A stretch of 56,056 bases of DNA, the filler included, from Jimgerdemannia flammicorona (lineage: Eukaryota): the NCBI GenBank assembly GCA_003990765.1. It is 3 parts of 3 records of this genome, joined end to end, with 100 filler letters (N's around TTAATTAATTAA, not from the genome) between each part and the next. Parts side by side here need not be neighbours in the genome. Positions count along the whole stretch, not along the records: positions 1 to 18,620 come from RBNJ01002158.1; 2 more parts are not named here. One strand, written 5' to 3'. Below the pieces are notes generated by a model. The model was given only the letters and a program-made list of their open reading frames with translations, was not told the DNA's origin and searched no databases. Positions 1 through 10,355 of the stretch are shown piece by piece; position 1 is the first letter of the stretch, and every line of letters begins with the position of its first letter. Made by a program: the position numbers and the translations under genes.

Positions 1-2
1 AT

Positions 3-1318
3 TATGGCAACCTGCCATACAACCCATCATATCACCACAGCATAAATACAGGAAGTGCAACACCCATCTGGCAGAAACCCTATAGAATACCCCATCACTT
101 GAAAACATTCGAAAAGGAGCACATCCAAGAACTCTTAGACAATGGAGTCATCCGACCCTCTACCAGCCCCTGGGCTAGCCCTATACTTATTGTACCAAAG
201 AAAGGAGGATGGAGACTCTGTGTGGACTACAGAAAGCTCAACTCAGTCACTGAAAAGGATGCTTATCCTTTGCCCAGAATCGATGACCTTTTGGACCAGC
301 TACAAGATACCAGATACTTCAGCAGTATGGACCTCTTTGCAGGATTCCATGAGATCCCCATGGACCCCAAGGACATTCAAAAGACAGCCTTCCTTACTCT
401 AGGAAAACTGTTTGAATATCTCCGAATGCCCTTTGGACTTTGCAATGCACCCCCCACCTTCCAGAGGATGATGAATTCGGTCTATGCCCCCTTGATCCAC
501 CACTGTCTGATTATATACATGGATGATTCCAACATTTATTCAGCAAATTTCGAAGAACACCTGCACCACCTAGAGGAATTCTTCAAGCTCACCTGCAAGA
601 ATCACTTGAGACTGAATGCAAAGAAATGCTACTTTGGAAAAAGAAACTCGAATTTCTTGGATTTGTGGTCTCAAAAGAAGGAACTCATGCAGACCCAAAG
701 AAAACCGAGAAGATCAACAATTGGCCAGTACCGAAGACTCCAAAGGAAACACTATCATTCCTGATACTAGTATCCTACTACAGAAGGTTCATCAAGGATT
801 TTGCCCAAATCACTGCCTCAATCCGAATCCTTCTCAAAAAAGGAATGACATTCAAGTGGACAGAATCACAGGAAAAAGCCTTCAGAGAACTCAAGAACCG
901 CATGACTACAGCACCAGTCCTTGTACGCCCCAATCTGCAGAAGCCATTCATCTTGTATACAGATGCTTCCAAAGATAGCCTCGGAGCAGTTCTAGCCCAA
1001 GAAGGACCTGACCAACAGCACCATGTGATAGCTTATGCAAGCAGGGCTACCAATCAGCAGCAGACGAACTATGGTAGCACCAAACTGGAATGCCTTGCAG
1101 TCATATGGGTGGTCACCCTGTTCAAGCATTACCTCATCGGAAAAAGGTTCACCCTGATTACAGACCATGCAGCCCTCAAATGGCTATTCAACCGCAAGGA
1201 ACCTGCTGGAATTCTAGCCTGCTGGATCCTTATCCTTCAGGATTACAAAATCACCATCATTCACAAAGCAGGGAAAGCCCACAACAATGTTGATGTACTT
1301 TCCCGCCAGCCCCAATAA
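3..1318 (+). pseudogene. pol: Reverse transcriptase-RNase H (pol) with a single frameshift near 640
   Basis: RT motifs: SPWASPILIVPKK, RLCVDYRKLN, YPLPRIDDLL, MPFGLCNAP, YMDD. RNase H motifs in the next frame: YTDAS, LGAVLAQ, TDHAAL, HKAGKAHNNVDVLSR. The frame changes in the A-run GGAAAAAGAAAC (one base missing: decay or sequencing error). Confidence 0.93.
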
Positions 1319-2382
1319 ATCAGAGGAAGGGTGTCCCGAGGAACCACACCCTAAAGGAAGCTCCTCAGACCATCAAAGCACAGGAAGATCTTATCCAAAA
1401 AGAACATCAGAAAGCCCACCAAGGACAGATAAGCATAGAAGACAGAATTCAAAAACAATATCAACATTGGCCCCACCTCAGAACTCAAGTTCGGGACATC
1501 ATTCAGAAATATGACACCTGCCAGAAATACCAAGGAAAGAAGAACTATCAAGCCCCTCTGCAACCGATTCCCCCGCCCACTCACATCTTTCAAAGATGGG
1601 GAGTAGATGTAATTAGACCTCTACCAGTTACACCAAGAAGAAACAAATATATCCTTGTATTTGTAGAACATCTGACCAAGTGGCCCGAGGCTTTCCCAAT
1701 GGAAATTGCAGATGCCTTAACCATTGTAGGCCTCCTCCATGGGCTCACACTCAGATATGGACCCCCAGAAGAACTCATCTCTGACCGAGGCACAGAATTC
1801 ATCAACAATGTAATCACAAGTTATGCCCGAATTCACAAGATCCACCTCAAAAGGACCACATCATACCACCCCCAGACCAATGGCATGACAGAAAGAATGA
1901 ACCAGACCATCAAGAAAGGACTTGCCCGAGTCAACCCTACTAATTGGGACCTCTGCTTACCTGAGATCCTATGGGAAATTCGAAATATCCCTGCTACATC
2001 CATCAAACAAAAGCCATTCAAAATGATGTTTGCCAAGGAAACCAGAACTGCTGACCATGAGAACCTCGGAGACCTCCTCAAGAAGGCAGAACAGTTACGA
2101 AATCAAGCCCAAGGACAGATTATCAAAGCTCAGGAAAGACAAAAGAAGTACTATAACCAAAAACAGAAAGATCAGGAGATCAAGATTGGAGATCAAGTCC
2201 TAGTCTGGAGAAGCATGATTGAGACAAACTTTGCCGCCAAACTGGAACCGAAATGGGAAGGACCTTACCTTGTACACAACATCAGAGGAACCAGCATCTA
2301 TTTAAGAAGCATGGATGGACGAACCCTAAGAACACCAATATACATCAATCGCCTCAAAATATATTTCCCCTCCACACTATGA
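1315..2382 (+). CDS. int: Integrase in its own reading frame (355 codons); putative start is ATA, probably a mutated ATG
   Basis: Frame 1 is open from 1294 to 2382. It contains an HHCC-like region (EHQKAH...W...YDTC, first Cys changed to Tyr), the DDE core (WGVDVI, ISDRGTEF, YHPQTNGMTERMN) and a GPY/F motif (KWEGPYLV). No chromodomain. Confidence 0.9.
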   Translation: MNQRKGVPRNHTLKEAPQTIKAQEDLIQKEHQKAHQGQISIEDRIQKQYQHWPHLRTQVRDIIQKYDTCQKYQGKKNYQAPLQPIPPPTHIFQRWGVDVIRPLPVTPRRNKYILVFVEHLTKWPEAFPMEIADALTIVGLLHGLTLRYGPPEELISDRGTEFINNVITSYARIHKIHLKRTTSYHPQTNGMTERMNQTIKKGLARVNPTNWDLCLPEILWEIRNIPATSIKQKPFKMMFAKETRTADHENLGDLLKKAEQLRNQAQGQIIKAQERQKKYYNQKQKDQEIKIGDQVLVWRSMIETNFAAKLEPKWEGPYLVHNIRGTSIYLRSMDGRTLRTPIYINRLKIYFPSTL

Positions 2383-2894
2383 GCCAAAGGATTGATCAGC
2401 GCCTCCAGACATTGGTCCTCAGCTCCTTCCAAGCCCTACCTGTTCCTCTACCCCAATTCGGCCAAGCCAATGGAAGCCCCCTTCAAAGGATCCAAGCTCA
2501 TCAAGAAAACCTCACCTTGGCCAGATGCCTACTACAAGTCCACCAACTGCAGGCCTATTATGCAATCAGTGAACAATTGCAGAACCTCCCAGCCCCAGAA
2601 CAGACCTACATCCGAAACACTACAGGTCTGACCAGAAGAGACACTACTGCCGCAGACAGACTATACACCATTTATAAACGAAATGTCACTGCCCTGACAC
2701 AGGTACAATTCTCCCTGAATGATATTCAAGGAATGAACCCTGTTACTTATCTGAGCATCATCAACTCTGTCGAAATCCTATTCCCTGAAGAAGAAGAAGA
2801 GCCCTTAGAATGGAGTAACTCCAGCACAGACAATGAAGATGATGGAACAGATATAGATGCAGAAGCAGCCTATGCTTATTGGGATGATGACTGA
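2379..2894 (+). CDS. Accessory ORF3 of family A (171 aa, unknown function, acidic C-terminal tail)
   Basis: ATG at 2379 overlaps the integrase TGA (ATGA). The ORF is intact and ends just before the PPT. The tail reads EEEEEPLEWSNSSTDNEDDGTDIDAEAAYAYWDDD. Confidence 0.75.
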   Translation: MSQRIDQRLQTLVLSSFQALPVPLPQFGQANGSPLQRIQAHQENLTLARCLLQVHQLQAYYAISEQLQNLPAPEQTYIRNTTGLTRRDTTAADRLYTIYKRNVTALTQVQFSLNDIQGMNPVTYLSIINSVEILFPEEEEEPLEWSNSSTDNEDDGTDIDAEAAYAYWDDD

Positions 2895-2921
2895 AGAATA
2901 GTCTGAGACAGACTACCCTTC

Positions 2922-2933
2922 AGTGGGGGCTGA
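2922..2933 (+). other. Polypurine tract of family A
   Basis: AGTGGGGGCTGA lies immediately before the LTR start TGTGACA. Confidence 0.65.
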
Positions 2934-4325
2934 TGTGACAAGCCAAGACATACCACCTGAATCATATCTTAACCAGATGATACGAACAAGATGACATGAA
3001 CACTCAGCTTAGTAACCAGCAACTCTTGTTGCAGAAAACTGTATAAATAGCCAGACATACCAGAAAGGGTCTGTTTACCTGTACAGACTCTGTACACCGT
3101 ACAGACTCTGTACACTGTACAGGTCCTGTACACCGTACAGACTCTGTACACCTGCCATAAGTAGCAATCTATAGTTAGCCACATAGTAACCAGATAGCAA
3201 CCAACTTGTATAAATTACCCCAGAGGCGAGAGTGAATAAAACCTCAGTCCGAAATACAAACACCAAAGAAGTCTCTAAAGATTGAGCATTGGTCCCCTTT
3301 CCATTCCAGTCCACTTTCCGATACAAAGAAGAGTCTGATACATTTTTGGTTCGCTTGCCAGATAAGCCTGAAGAATTCGAGTTTGCCACCTAAGTTCAAG
3401 GAAGAACTTTGCCGCCTTTGAAGAGAAATCCTTGGTTTGCTTGCCAGATAAGCCTGAAGATTTCTGCCTTTTCCGCCACCTAAAGGAAAGCCGCCTTGCT
3501 CAAGCCAGTTTCTGACACAACTTCGCAGTGATTTGTCGCACAAACGAAGCCAGTCTTTGAAGTAACTTTGCCAAGAGACCCTTTCCCAAAAGAACGCCGC
3601 CAGTTTTATCTGCCATATTTCCAGTTAGAGCCGCCGATTCAGGAAGAATCTGCACCATTGTATTTCCAGAAGAGCCATCTGAGTTATTTTCCAGAAGCCC
3701 ACTGATTCAGGAGAATCCGCGCCATCCGTCGTTTTCGAGTTGTCTGTATTCCCAGAAAACCCATGCCATCTGAGTAGTATTCCCAGTTAAAGCCATCGAT
3801 TTAGGAAGAACCCGTGACAGCCGAGTTATTTGTCATTCCCAGTGAGCTTGCTATAGAAGAACCCGCCACCAGCATTATTCCCAGAAAGGAGAACCCGTGC
3901 CTTACATTCCCAGTGAGCCAAATCGAGTCGACCACCAGAAATCGCATACTTTTGGGGATCGTCGCGCTACACAAAGAAATCGCCTGCTACCCAAGAAGGA
4001 GAACCGCTAAATTACCAGACCATCACGCACAGAGATTGTCATGCAGAAATCAGAGATCATTACTCAAGAAGGAAACTGCTCACGCTACACAAATTGTACC
4101 ATTCCCAGTTGACCCAAGAAGGAAGTCCATTCACACACAAATCACCGCTACACCCAGAGAACTGTCCAAAAAAGGAAACTGCTTGCATAGTATCCAGATC
4201 TTGGCTATTATACCGCTAAACACCAAGAACATTTTGTTGCTTTTTGACAAAGTAACTGGGGGCTCAAGCTAAACTACATCAACCCCCAACCTTGTAATTT
4301 GCCTCCATTGAGCCGGCATGTTACA
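2934..4325 (+). repeat. 3' LTR of family A (~1.39 kb)
   Basis: Termini are TGTGACA...TGTTACA, with a TATA-like GTATAAATA at ~3041. It aligns with 37441-38673 and both copies end at the same base. Confidence 0.9.
3080..3151. repeat. 4 x 18-bp palindromic tandem repeat (TGTACAGA-C-TCTGTACA-C) inside the LTR
   Basis: Units read directly at 3080, 3098, 3116 and 3134. Confidence 0.95.
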
Positions 4326-4879
4326 ATATATAGAACTAGTTAGTACTCTCAAATGAATCAAATTAATTTAAATCAAAGTGAATTGGAGTTAATTTGAATT
4401 AAATCAAATTGAAGATTTTTGTATTTAAATTAAATTTAAATTAAATTGAATTTAAATCAAATTGAGGTCTGATTTGATTTGATTCAAATCAAATTGAGGG
4501 TCCAATTTGAATTAGTTAAATCAAATTGAATATCAATTTGAGATTCTCAGTAACTTACTAATTATATTAGTTCTTTATTTAAAAGATATATTATATATAA
4601 ATACATAACTAAAATTCACATATAACTAAAATTCACACCTAACTGAAATTTACACATAACTGATATATATTTTCGAAATTCTCACTCTTAGTCCTGGTCT
4701 CAGATACACCTGGCTATAGCAGTAGCTGTCCAGTGAGTATTATTATATAATCTCTTATTCAGCAGAAGATCAGGAATCAATAGATTGAGTTGTTGACAGA
4801 TTTTGATAAGAGTATAATATGGTTTTCTATATCTTCTGCAATTATTCCAGCTTATATGAGATTGATCTTTAGTTTTTAG

Positions 4880-5446
4880 AGATATGACAGTAGTAGCTTA
4901 GGCTTAAGTAGTGGCTTGAACTTAGATGGTGGCTTGGGCTTAGGTGGTAGCTTGGGCTAAAGTGGTGGCTTAGGCTTAGGCAGTGGCTTAGACTTGGGTA
5001 GTGGCTTGGGCTTAGGTAGCAGCTTGGGCTTGGGTGGCAGCTTGGGTAGTAGCTTGAGTAGTAGCTTGAGTGATAGTAGTAGCTTGGGCTTAGGTGGTAG
5101 CAGCTTGGGCTAGAGTAGCAACTTGGACTTGGGCAGTAGCTTGGGCTTGAGTAGTGACTTAGACAATAGTGGCAGCAGTTTCAGGAGTCTCAGAAGTGAA
5201 GACTTCAGAGACCTCAGGAGTGAAAGCTTCAGGGACAGCCTAAAGGATGGCTTCAGGAGTTATCCTTAAGATGAATTGCTTAATTACTTCTTTAATCTTC
5301 TTCTTCTTCTTTTTATATTCATCATCAGTCTTAGATTCCTCATTATCCAACCAGATGACAATCTTGTTAATAGTATAGTTTATATTCTCAAAGGCTCCAG
5401 AAAGATGATCAATATAGAATTGAAGTTTTTTATAAGATGAGATCAT
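4880..5446 (-). pseudogene. Degenerate non-transposase ORF: Hsp70-lid-like helical segment followed by a Q/A/T-rich repeat
   Basis: It translates as INKIVIWLDNEESKTDDEYKKKKKKIKEVIKQFI, then continues in frame through stop codons as QAQATAQVQ...QATTQA, encoded by repeated CAAGCC units. Confidence 0.4.
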
Positions 5447-6035
5447 TTTTTGTTTTTTGTTTTATTTTTTATTATTAAAGCCAGCTTATTTATATATATT
5501 TTACCTATGCAATATTTAAAGCTCTTGGTTTACACTTATTACTTGTGAGATTGCAGGCTTGTACTTATTGTAATATTCAAAGCTCTTGGCTTACACTTGT
5601 TGCAATATTCAAAGCTCTCAGCTTATGCTTATTGCTTACAGGCTTGCAGGCTTGCAGGCTGGTGAGCTTGCAAGTATAAGCATTTTAGATATAGTAACTA
5701 AGTATATATGTATAATATATATCCTTAAGCTTTGAATATATTCAAAATTCTATATATTATGTCATTCATACTACTTATCATCCATCTCTAGTACTTCTAG
5801 ATAGACATAATGATATCTTGCTTATCTCATTAAAGCTAAAAATGATAGAAATTGTATTCAAATATAATAATCAGATATATATTAAGAAATTATATTCAGA
5901 TATAGTATATCTATAAGTTCTGGATCATACTTATATAATATGATACCTGAGTGCTATATTTATTTAGTATTTCAAAATTTAACTATATTTTGAAAATTGG
6001 GATTGACTATTGTTATTAGAATACTAGACTGATTA

Positions 6036-8600
6036 CTATACCTTTAAATATATATATTTATAAATTGTTTCAGAGTCTAAAGTACCTCTTTTAACCACTA
6101 TAAGATTTTTACTACTTGAAAAAACTCTCTCAATTAGAGTACTTATTACTGAGATAGCTAAGTAGTTATATGACATTTTTGCTAGATTTAAAAAATCTCT
6201 GCTATAGCCCTAATATTCTCAATTAATTAAATCAATTAGAGAAACTCAAATAATATTTTGAATTGACCTTATTTGAATATAAATTCCCAACTCACTTGTC
6301 ACCAAGATAATATATCAACTCCTACTTGAAATTTAACAGTTTTACTTTTTAAATAAGTATCTACCTCCTGCTTAGGATTTATCATCAGTTTTTGTCTTTT
6401 GTTAAATATATGTTTATATGTATAGTACAGTATTGACATCATCTCCTACTTCATGATCTTCAGAACTTATTCAATTAATTGATCTAGATAGAGGAGTATC
6501 GTTTTTATTATAAATTATATGAAGTTTGTCTTTGACCTCTTCAATCTAAATGTCTTTCCAATTATGTAATAAATAATATTCTAGCTTAAGTCTGGAATTG
6601 AGTACTGATTTTTATTAAAAAATAAAATAAAATAAAATAAAATTTAAAATATATTAGTAGTGGCCAACAAGTGAATTTTGAAATAGATTTATACTATTTC
6701 TGATACCAAGTGAATTTTTAAATAGATTTATATTATCTCTGATATCAAAATATTTACTTATCAGTACCAATATAATAAATTAGTTGAATAATATATCTTC
6801 AACTTGGTAATAGCTATGGTTAGTACCAGGTGAATAATATTTATCTCTTCTGTATATTTTCAAATTTCTTGATTGTTATTCTCCAACATATCCATTAGAA
6901 AGTTGTAAATAGGAACAGCAGAATAAATTATTAGATATTTATACTGAGCTGCAAGATCTATTGCTTGTTTAAAGCACTTTAGTATATCAATAATGTCTTT
7001 TAGTATCTGCCAAGTATAGTCTTCTATAGCATATTTTTGCAAATATTTATTAGCTATAACTATTGAGGTTAATAGCTATTAATAAATTAATTTATTAGAT
7101 TATTTGAAGAAAAAACTGAAAAATAAAAAAATTAAATATAATATAATTAGCTTATCTCTGATAATTCTAAGGCCCATTCAACCATCAAATATATTGAATT
7201 CTATCAAGTTTTTAATGTCCAAAATAAGTTCTTTTAGATTGCAAACTCCAAAAGCTTTATATTATATAGTAAATCTCTCTTGATATTATAGTAATAACTA
7301 GATCTTGATAATAATTAATTGGAGCTTTGAAATTATTTCTCTAGAACCATCTTTACTTATATTATTATCAGCTTTTAAATAGACTAAAAAGTTCTGAACA
7401 GCCAAATTAATGATATGAGCCAGGTAGCATATATATTATATTGACTAATAGTTGAGGCCAGTATGATTGAACTCTGTCTTGATTGTTTGAAAAAATGTGG
7501 TGTTGTTAGATATATTGTCTATTATTATAGCTAATACCTAGAGTGAAAAATCAATAATTTAAATGTAAGATGACTTTTTTTTTTTTTTGAAAACCCAATC
7601 TTTTTGAAAATCTGACCTTTTTTGAAAACTCAACCTTTTTTGAAAACCTGATCTTTTTCAAAAATCCAACCTTTTTCAAAAACCCAACCTTTTTTGAAAA
7701 CCTGACCACTGATCTTTTTTGAAAACCCAACTTTTTTCAAAAACCCAACCACTGACTTTTTTCAAAAACCTGATCTTTTTAAAATATGATCTTTTTAAAA
7801 AGCTTGTTCTCTATATACCTTTGTCTATATACCAAAATCTCAAACACAGTTTACAAAGGCACTAGTAAGATTTTCACCCAAATGAGATTCTGATAACTTG
7901 ACAAAATCAATCAACATATAGTTGAGTTATCAATTTTGACAAATCTAATATATATTAATTACAAGAAATATGTATATATTGAGTAATATCTATGTATTAA
8001 TAGTGAAGGATATTTGACCAGATACATTCTATTTCCAAATAAATAAATTGAAATAAGGTTAATTTAAAGCCATTCAACTTTGAAATATTCAAATTCATAT
8101 TCAACATTAAAATATTAAATTTTACCTATAGTATAATTTTGATGGTATTATATTTTTATTGAAAGGCTCACTTCATATAGTTTCAGTAGAAGGAATAGTA
8201 ATGTCTGGTTTCAGAAGGCAAAAAAGATCTTTTAGCTCTAAATTCTCAACAACTGTAAAAGGCTAGCTATTATAGATAATCCAGCAAATAAGTTTGTCTT
8301 GAAATAACTTTATAGAGAATCTTGACTATTTAGAGAATAATCAAGTAGTAATGAATTAATAATAAGAAAAGAAAAAAAAGCTAACAAATTATATAAAAAC
8401 CATACTTTTGAAATAAATAACTCTATTGCTCCTGTTTGATAACTCTTATGAAATTTGTTAAAATATGTCTACAAATTTGTTATTGAGCCACCAATAGTCT
8501 TATATAATATCTTACAGTAGTTATATTTGATTTGGATATCTCTATTTTCCTTATGCTTCTTTGTGAACTCCTTCTAAATATCAGATTATTCTTGTACTTT
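6036..8600 (-). pseudogene. hAT transposase pseudogene with introns
   Basis: Relic motifs: ISFTINT* (first catalytic region, ~8000), DNISNN (~7510), LAHIINLAVQ (~7410), VLNSRLK (LDPR-type, ~6590), and the dimerisation domain NLAKMSYNYLAISVISTLIERVFS (~6120-6190). Confidence 0.85.
7585..7800. repeat. ~17-bp tandem array (TTTTTGAAAACCCAACC / TTTTTCAAAAACCCAACC) within a transposase intron
   Basis: About a dozen degenerate units lie between transposase exon relics. Confidence 0.8.
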
Positions 8601-8747
8601 TTCTATTTCTTTCTTAGATGAGATTATACTTGTTGAAGCTAGACTTATTAAAGCTATATCTGATACTGAGGCTGTTGTCATAGTATTCTCTATAGAGGAT
8701 GTAAAAGGTATATCTGATATGATTACTTTAGGAGAGAGTGTGTATAT

Positions 8748-10299
8748 TGTAATAGTGATCCCAGAATAATGACATTAGTACAAGAGACAGTCTTTCCTTA
8801 TAAGCCACCAGATTGGAATACAAGAAGATCATACAACATATAAGATGAGAAATTATGACCCACTGTGAGTCATTGTGATCACAGTATAGGCATCTTGAGG
8901 AATATAAAAGAAGGATCAAGGAACTGCAGTAGCAGCAACTCAATAAGACCCATCAATCTCAAAATAGCTCAAAGACTTATCATAAATGAAATGTCTGCTG
9001 CTCACTAAACCTCAATGTCAAGGAACTACCAAGGCACCTCAGTTGAGGAAAGGATATTCCAAGACATCAGAAGAGCCATGAGGACATATACAAGAAGAAC
9101 TCCTAGTATTAATCTGGGCACTGGTGACCCTTATCACTATATCCTCTACTGCTGTAAAATAGAAACAAGGATTACCATTGCTACCAAATACCTCAAAATG
9201 TGGCAGGAGTATGAAATAGGAAACCTCCTCTACTAGGAGTTTCTACAGACTAGCTCTCAAGAGTTACAAGATGCCACTTCCATAAATATATATAAAACAA
9301 GGATAGCTAAGAAGATCTATCAGATCTTTAGGTATATACTATGATTGATCTCCAATTTGGAGTATGTTAGAGTCTCAGACTTCAGAGACCTGTCAGTCTA
9401 CCATATCAATGCACTAAAAGCCAGAGTAGCTACAGAAGTCCAGTCCACTATCACCCTCAATAGTGATGAAGTAGAAGACTTCTGATATCCCATCCTTCAG
9501 GACAACTCAGACCAATTTCTGTAAAGATTGATCTCAGTATTTCAAGGCCCAAGTATCCAGGTTAGACATCTCCAAGACCCCACATTTGTCCCCTATTTCA
9601 TGGAAGAGAACCTCATAGACTAGAGAGCTCCAGACCTTCTTATTCCTACTGCTGCTAAATGTGATGACATCATTGGTAATGATATTATCTCACATGACAT
9701 ATACAAAGTATGTGAAATGTGTGACCTATATAATGATGAAAAGATGGACAAAACATTCATAGACCTCATCTTCTTTGAAGATATTCTGACCTCTAATGAG
9801 AACGAAGTTCCTATGGTCTTGAACATTCTGCTCTAAGTCTCTTGGTAATACTGAATTATACCAGCACTAGTATTCTGATGTGATACTGAATTATTCCAGC
9901 ACTATTTTCCTATACTACTGAAATTATACCAGCATCCTAAACCTGTAAAATCATCAGTACTGATACTGAAACTTAGCAGTTTTCCATGTCCTGGCATTTT
10001 ATTTTAGTTATTGGAATTTATATTTAGCTTTATATCTTAGCAACCATTGAATTACATTTTTTATAAATACTTCTCTTATTTCCTCTGAAATAAAGTCAGT
10101 TCTGGTTCACTTATACACAATCTCTTACAAGCAATCTAAGAGATAACAAGATAGTTTAAAGATAAGAAGTTTGAGGACTATAAGATCTTAGGAAGGTACT
10201 CCAATAAGAACTTGCTTATAACAAACTTGAGTTAGTCTAAGAGATATACCTTGAAGAGAATCTGATGTATTTGAAGGACTCAGTGACTACTACATGACA
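8748..10299 (+). repeat. 5' LTR of family B (~1.55 kb)
   Basis: Starts TGTAATAGTG and ends ...CATGACA. It matches both LTRs of the minus-strand copy. Confidence 0.9.
8991..9836 (+). pseudogene. LTR-encoded ORF of family B (~280 codons)
   Basis: A single frame runs from ATG 8991/9015 to TAA 9836 with no frameshift. The internal stops are single transitions from CAA/CAG/TGG, and those checked read Gln or Trp in another LTR copy. Confidence 0.75.
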
Positions 10300-10315
10300 A
10301 CTTAATGCCCATTGA
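10300..10315 (+). other. Degenerate primer-binding site
   Basis: ACTTAATGCCCATTG here and ACTTAGTGCCCATTG in the other copy directly follow the LTR end. Both fit an eroded TGG(C/T)GCCCA. Confidence 0.6.
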
Positions 10316-10355
10316 CTGGTGATTCAAGACAAATCCCTCACTTTTAAGCTGAAAA

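Larger units (their letters stand above)
1..4325 (+). mobile_element. Ty3/gypsy LTR retrotransposon, family A (5' part outside window): RT-RNaseH / integrase / ORF3 / PPT / 3' LTR
   Basis: The RT-RH-INT domain order is the gypsy order. A purine-rich tract is followed by a TG...CA-bounded LTR, and a second copy of that LTR occurs at 37441-38673. Confidence 0.95.
4341..8747 (-). mobile_element. Degraded hAT DNA transposon, interrupted at 8748 by gypsy family B
   Basis: A terminus-like TAGTACTC at 4341 (compare TAGTGCTC on the other hATs) is followed by AATCAAATTGA subterminal repeats. Transposase relics lie at 6040-8600. Confidence 0.75.

Noticed and set aside
630..655. Programmed frameshift within RT of family A
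   Set aside because: It falls mid-domain in an A-run and is seen in one copy only. A 1-bp deletion or sequencing error is simpler.
3814..4272. 152-aa ORF in the family A LTR
   Set aside because: It has a GTG start, is built from degenerate TTCCCAG repeats, and is not maintained as one frame in the sister LTR.
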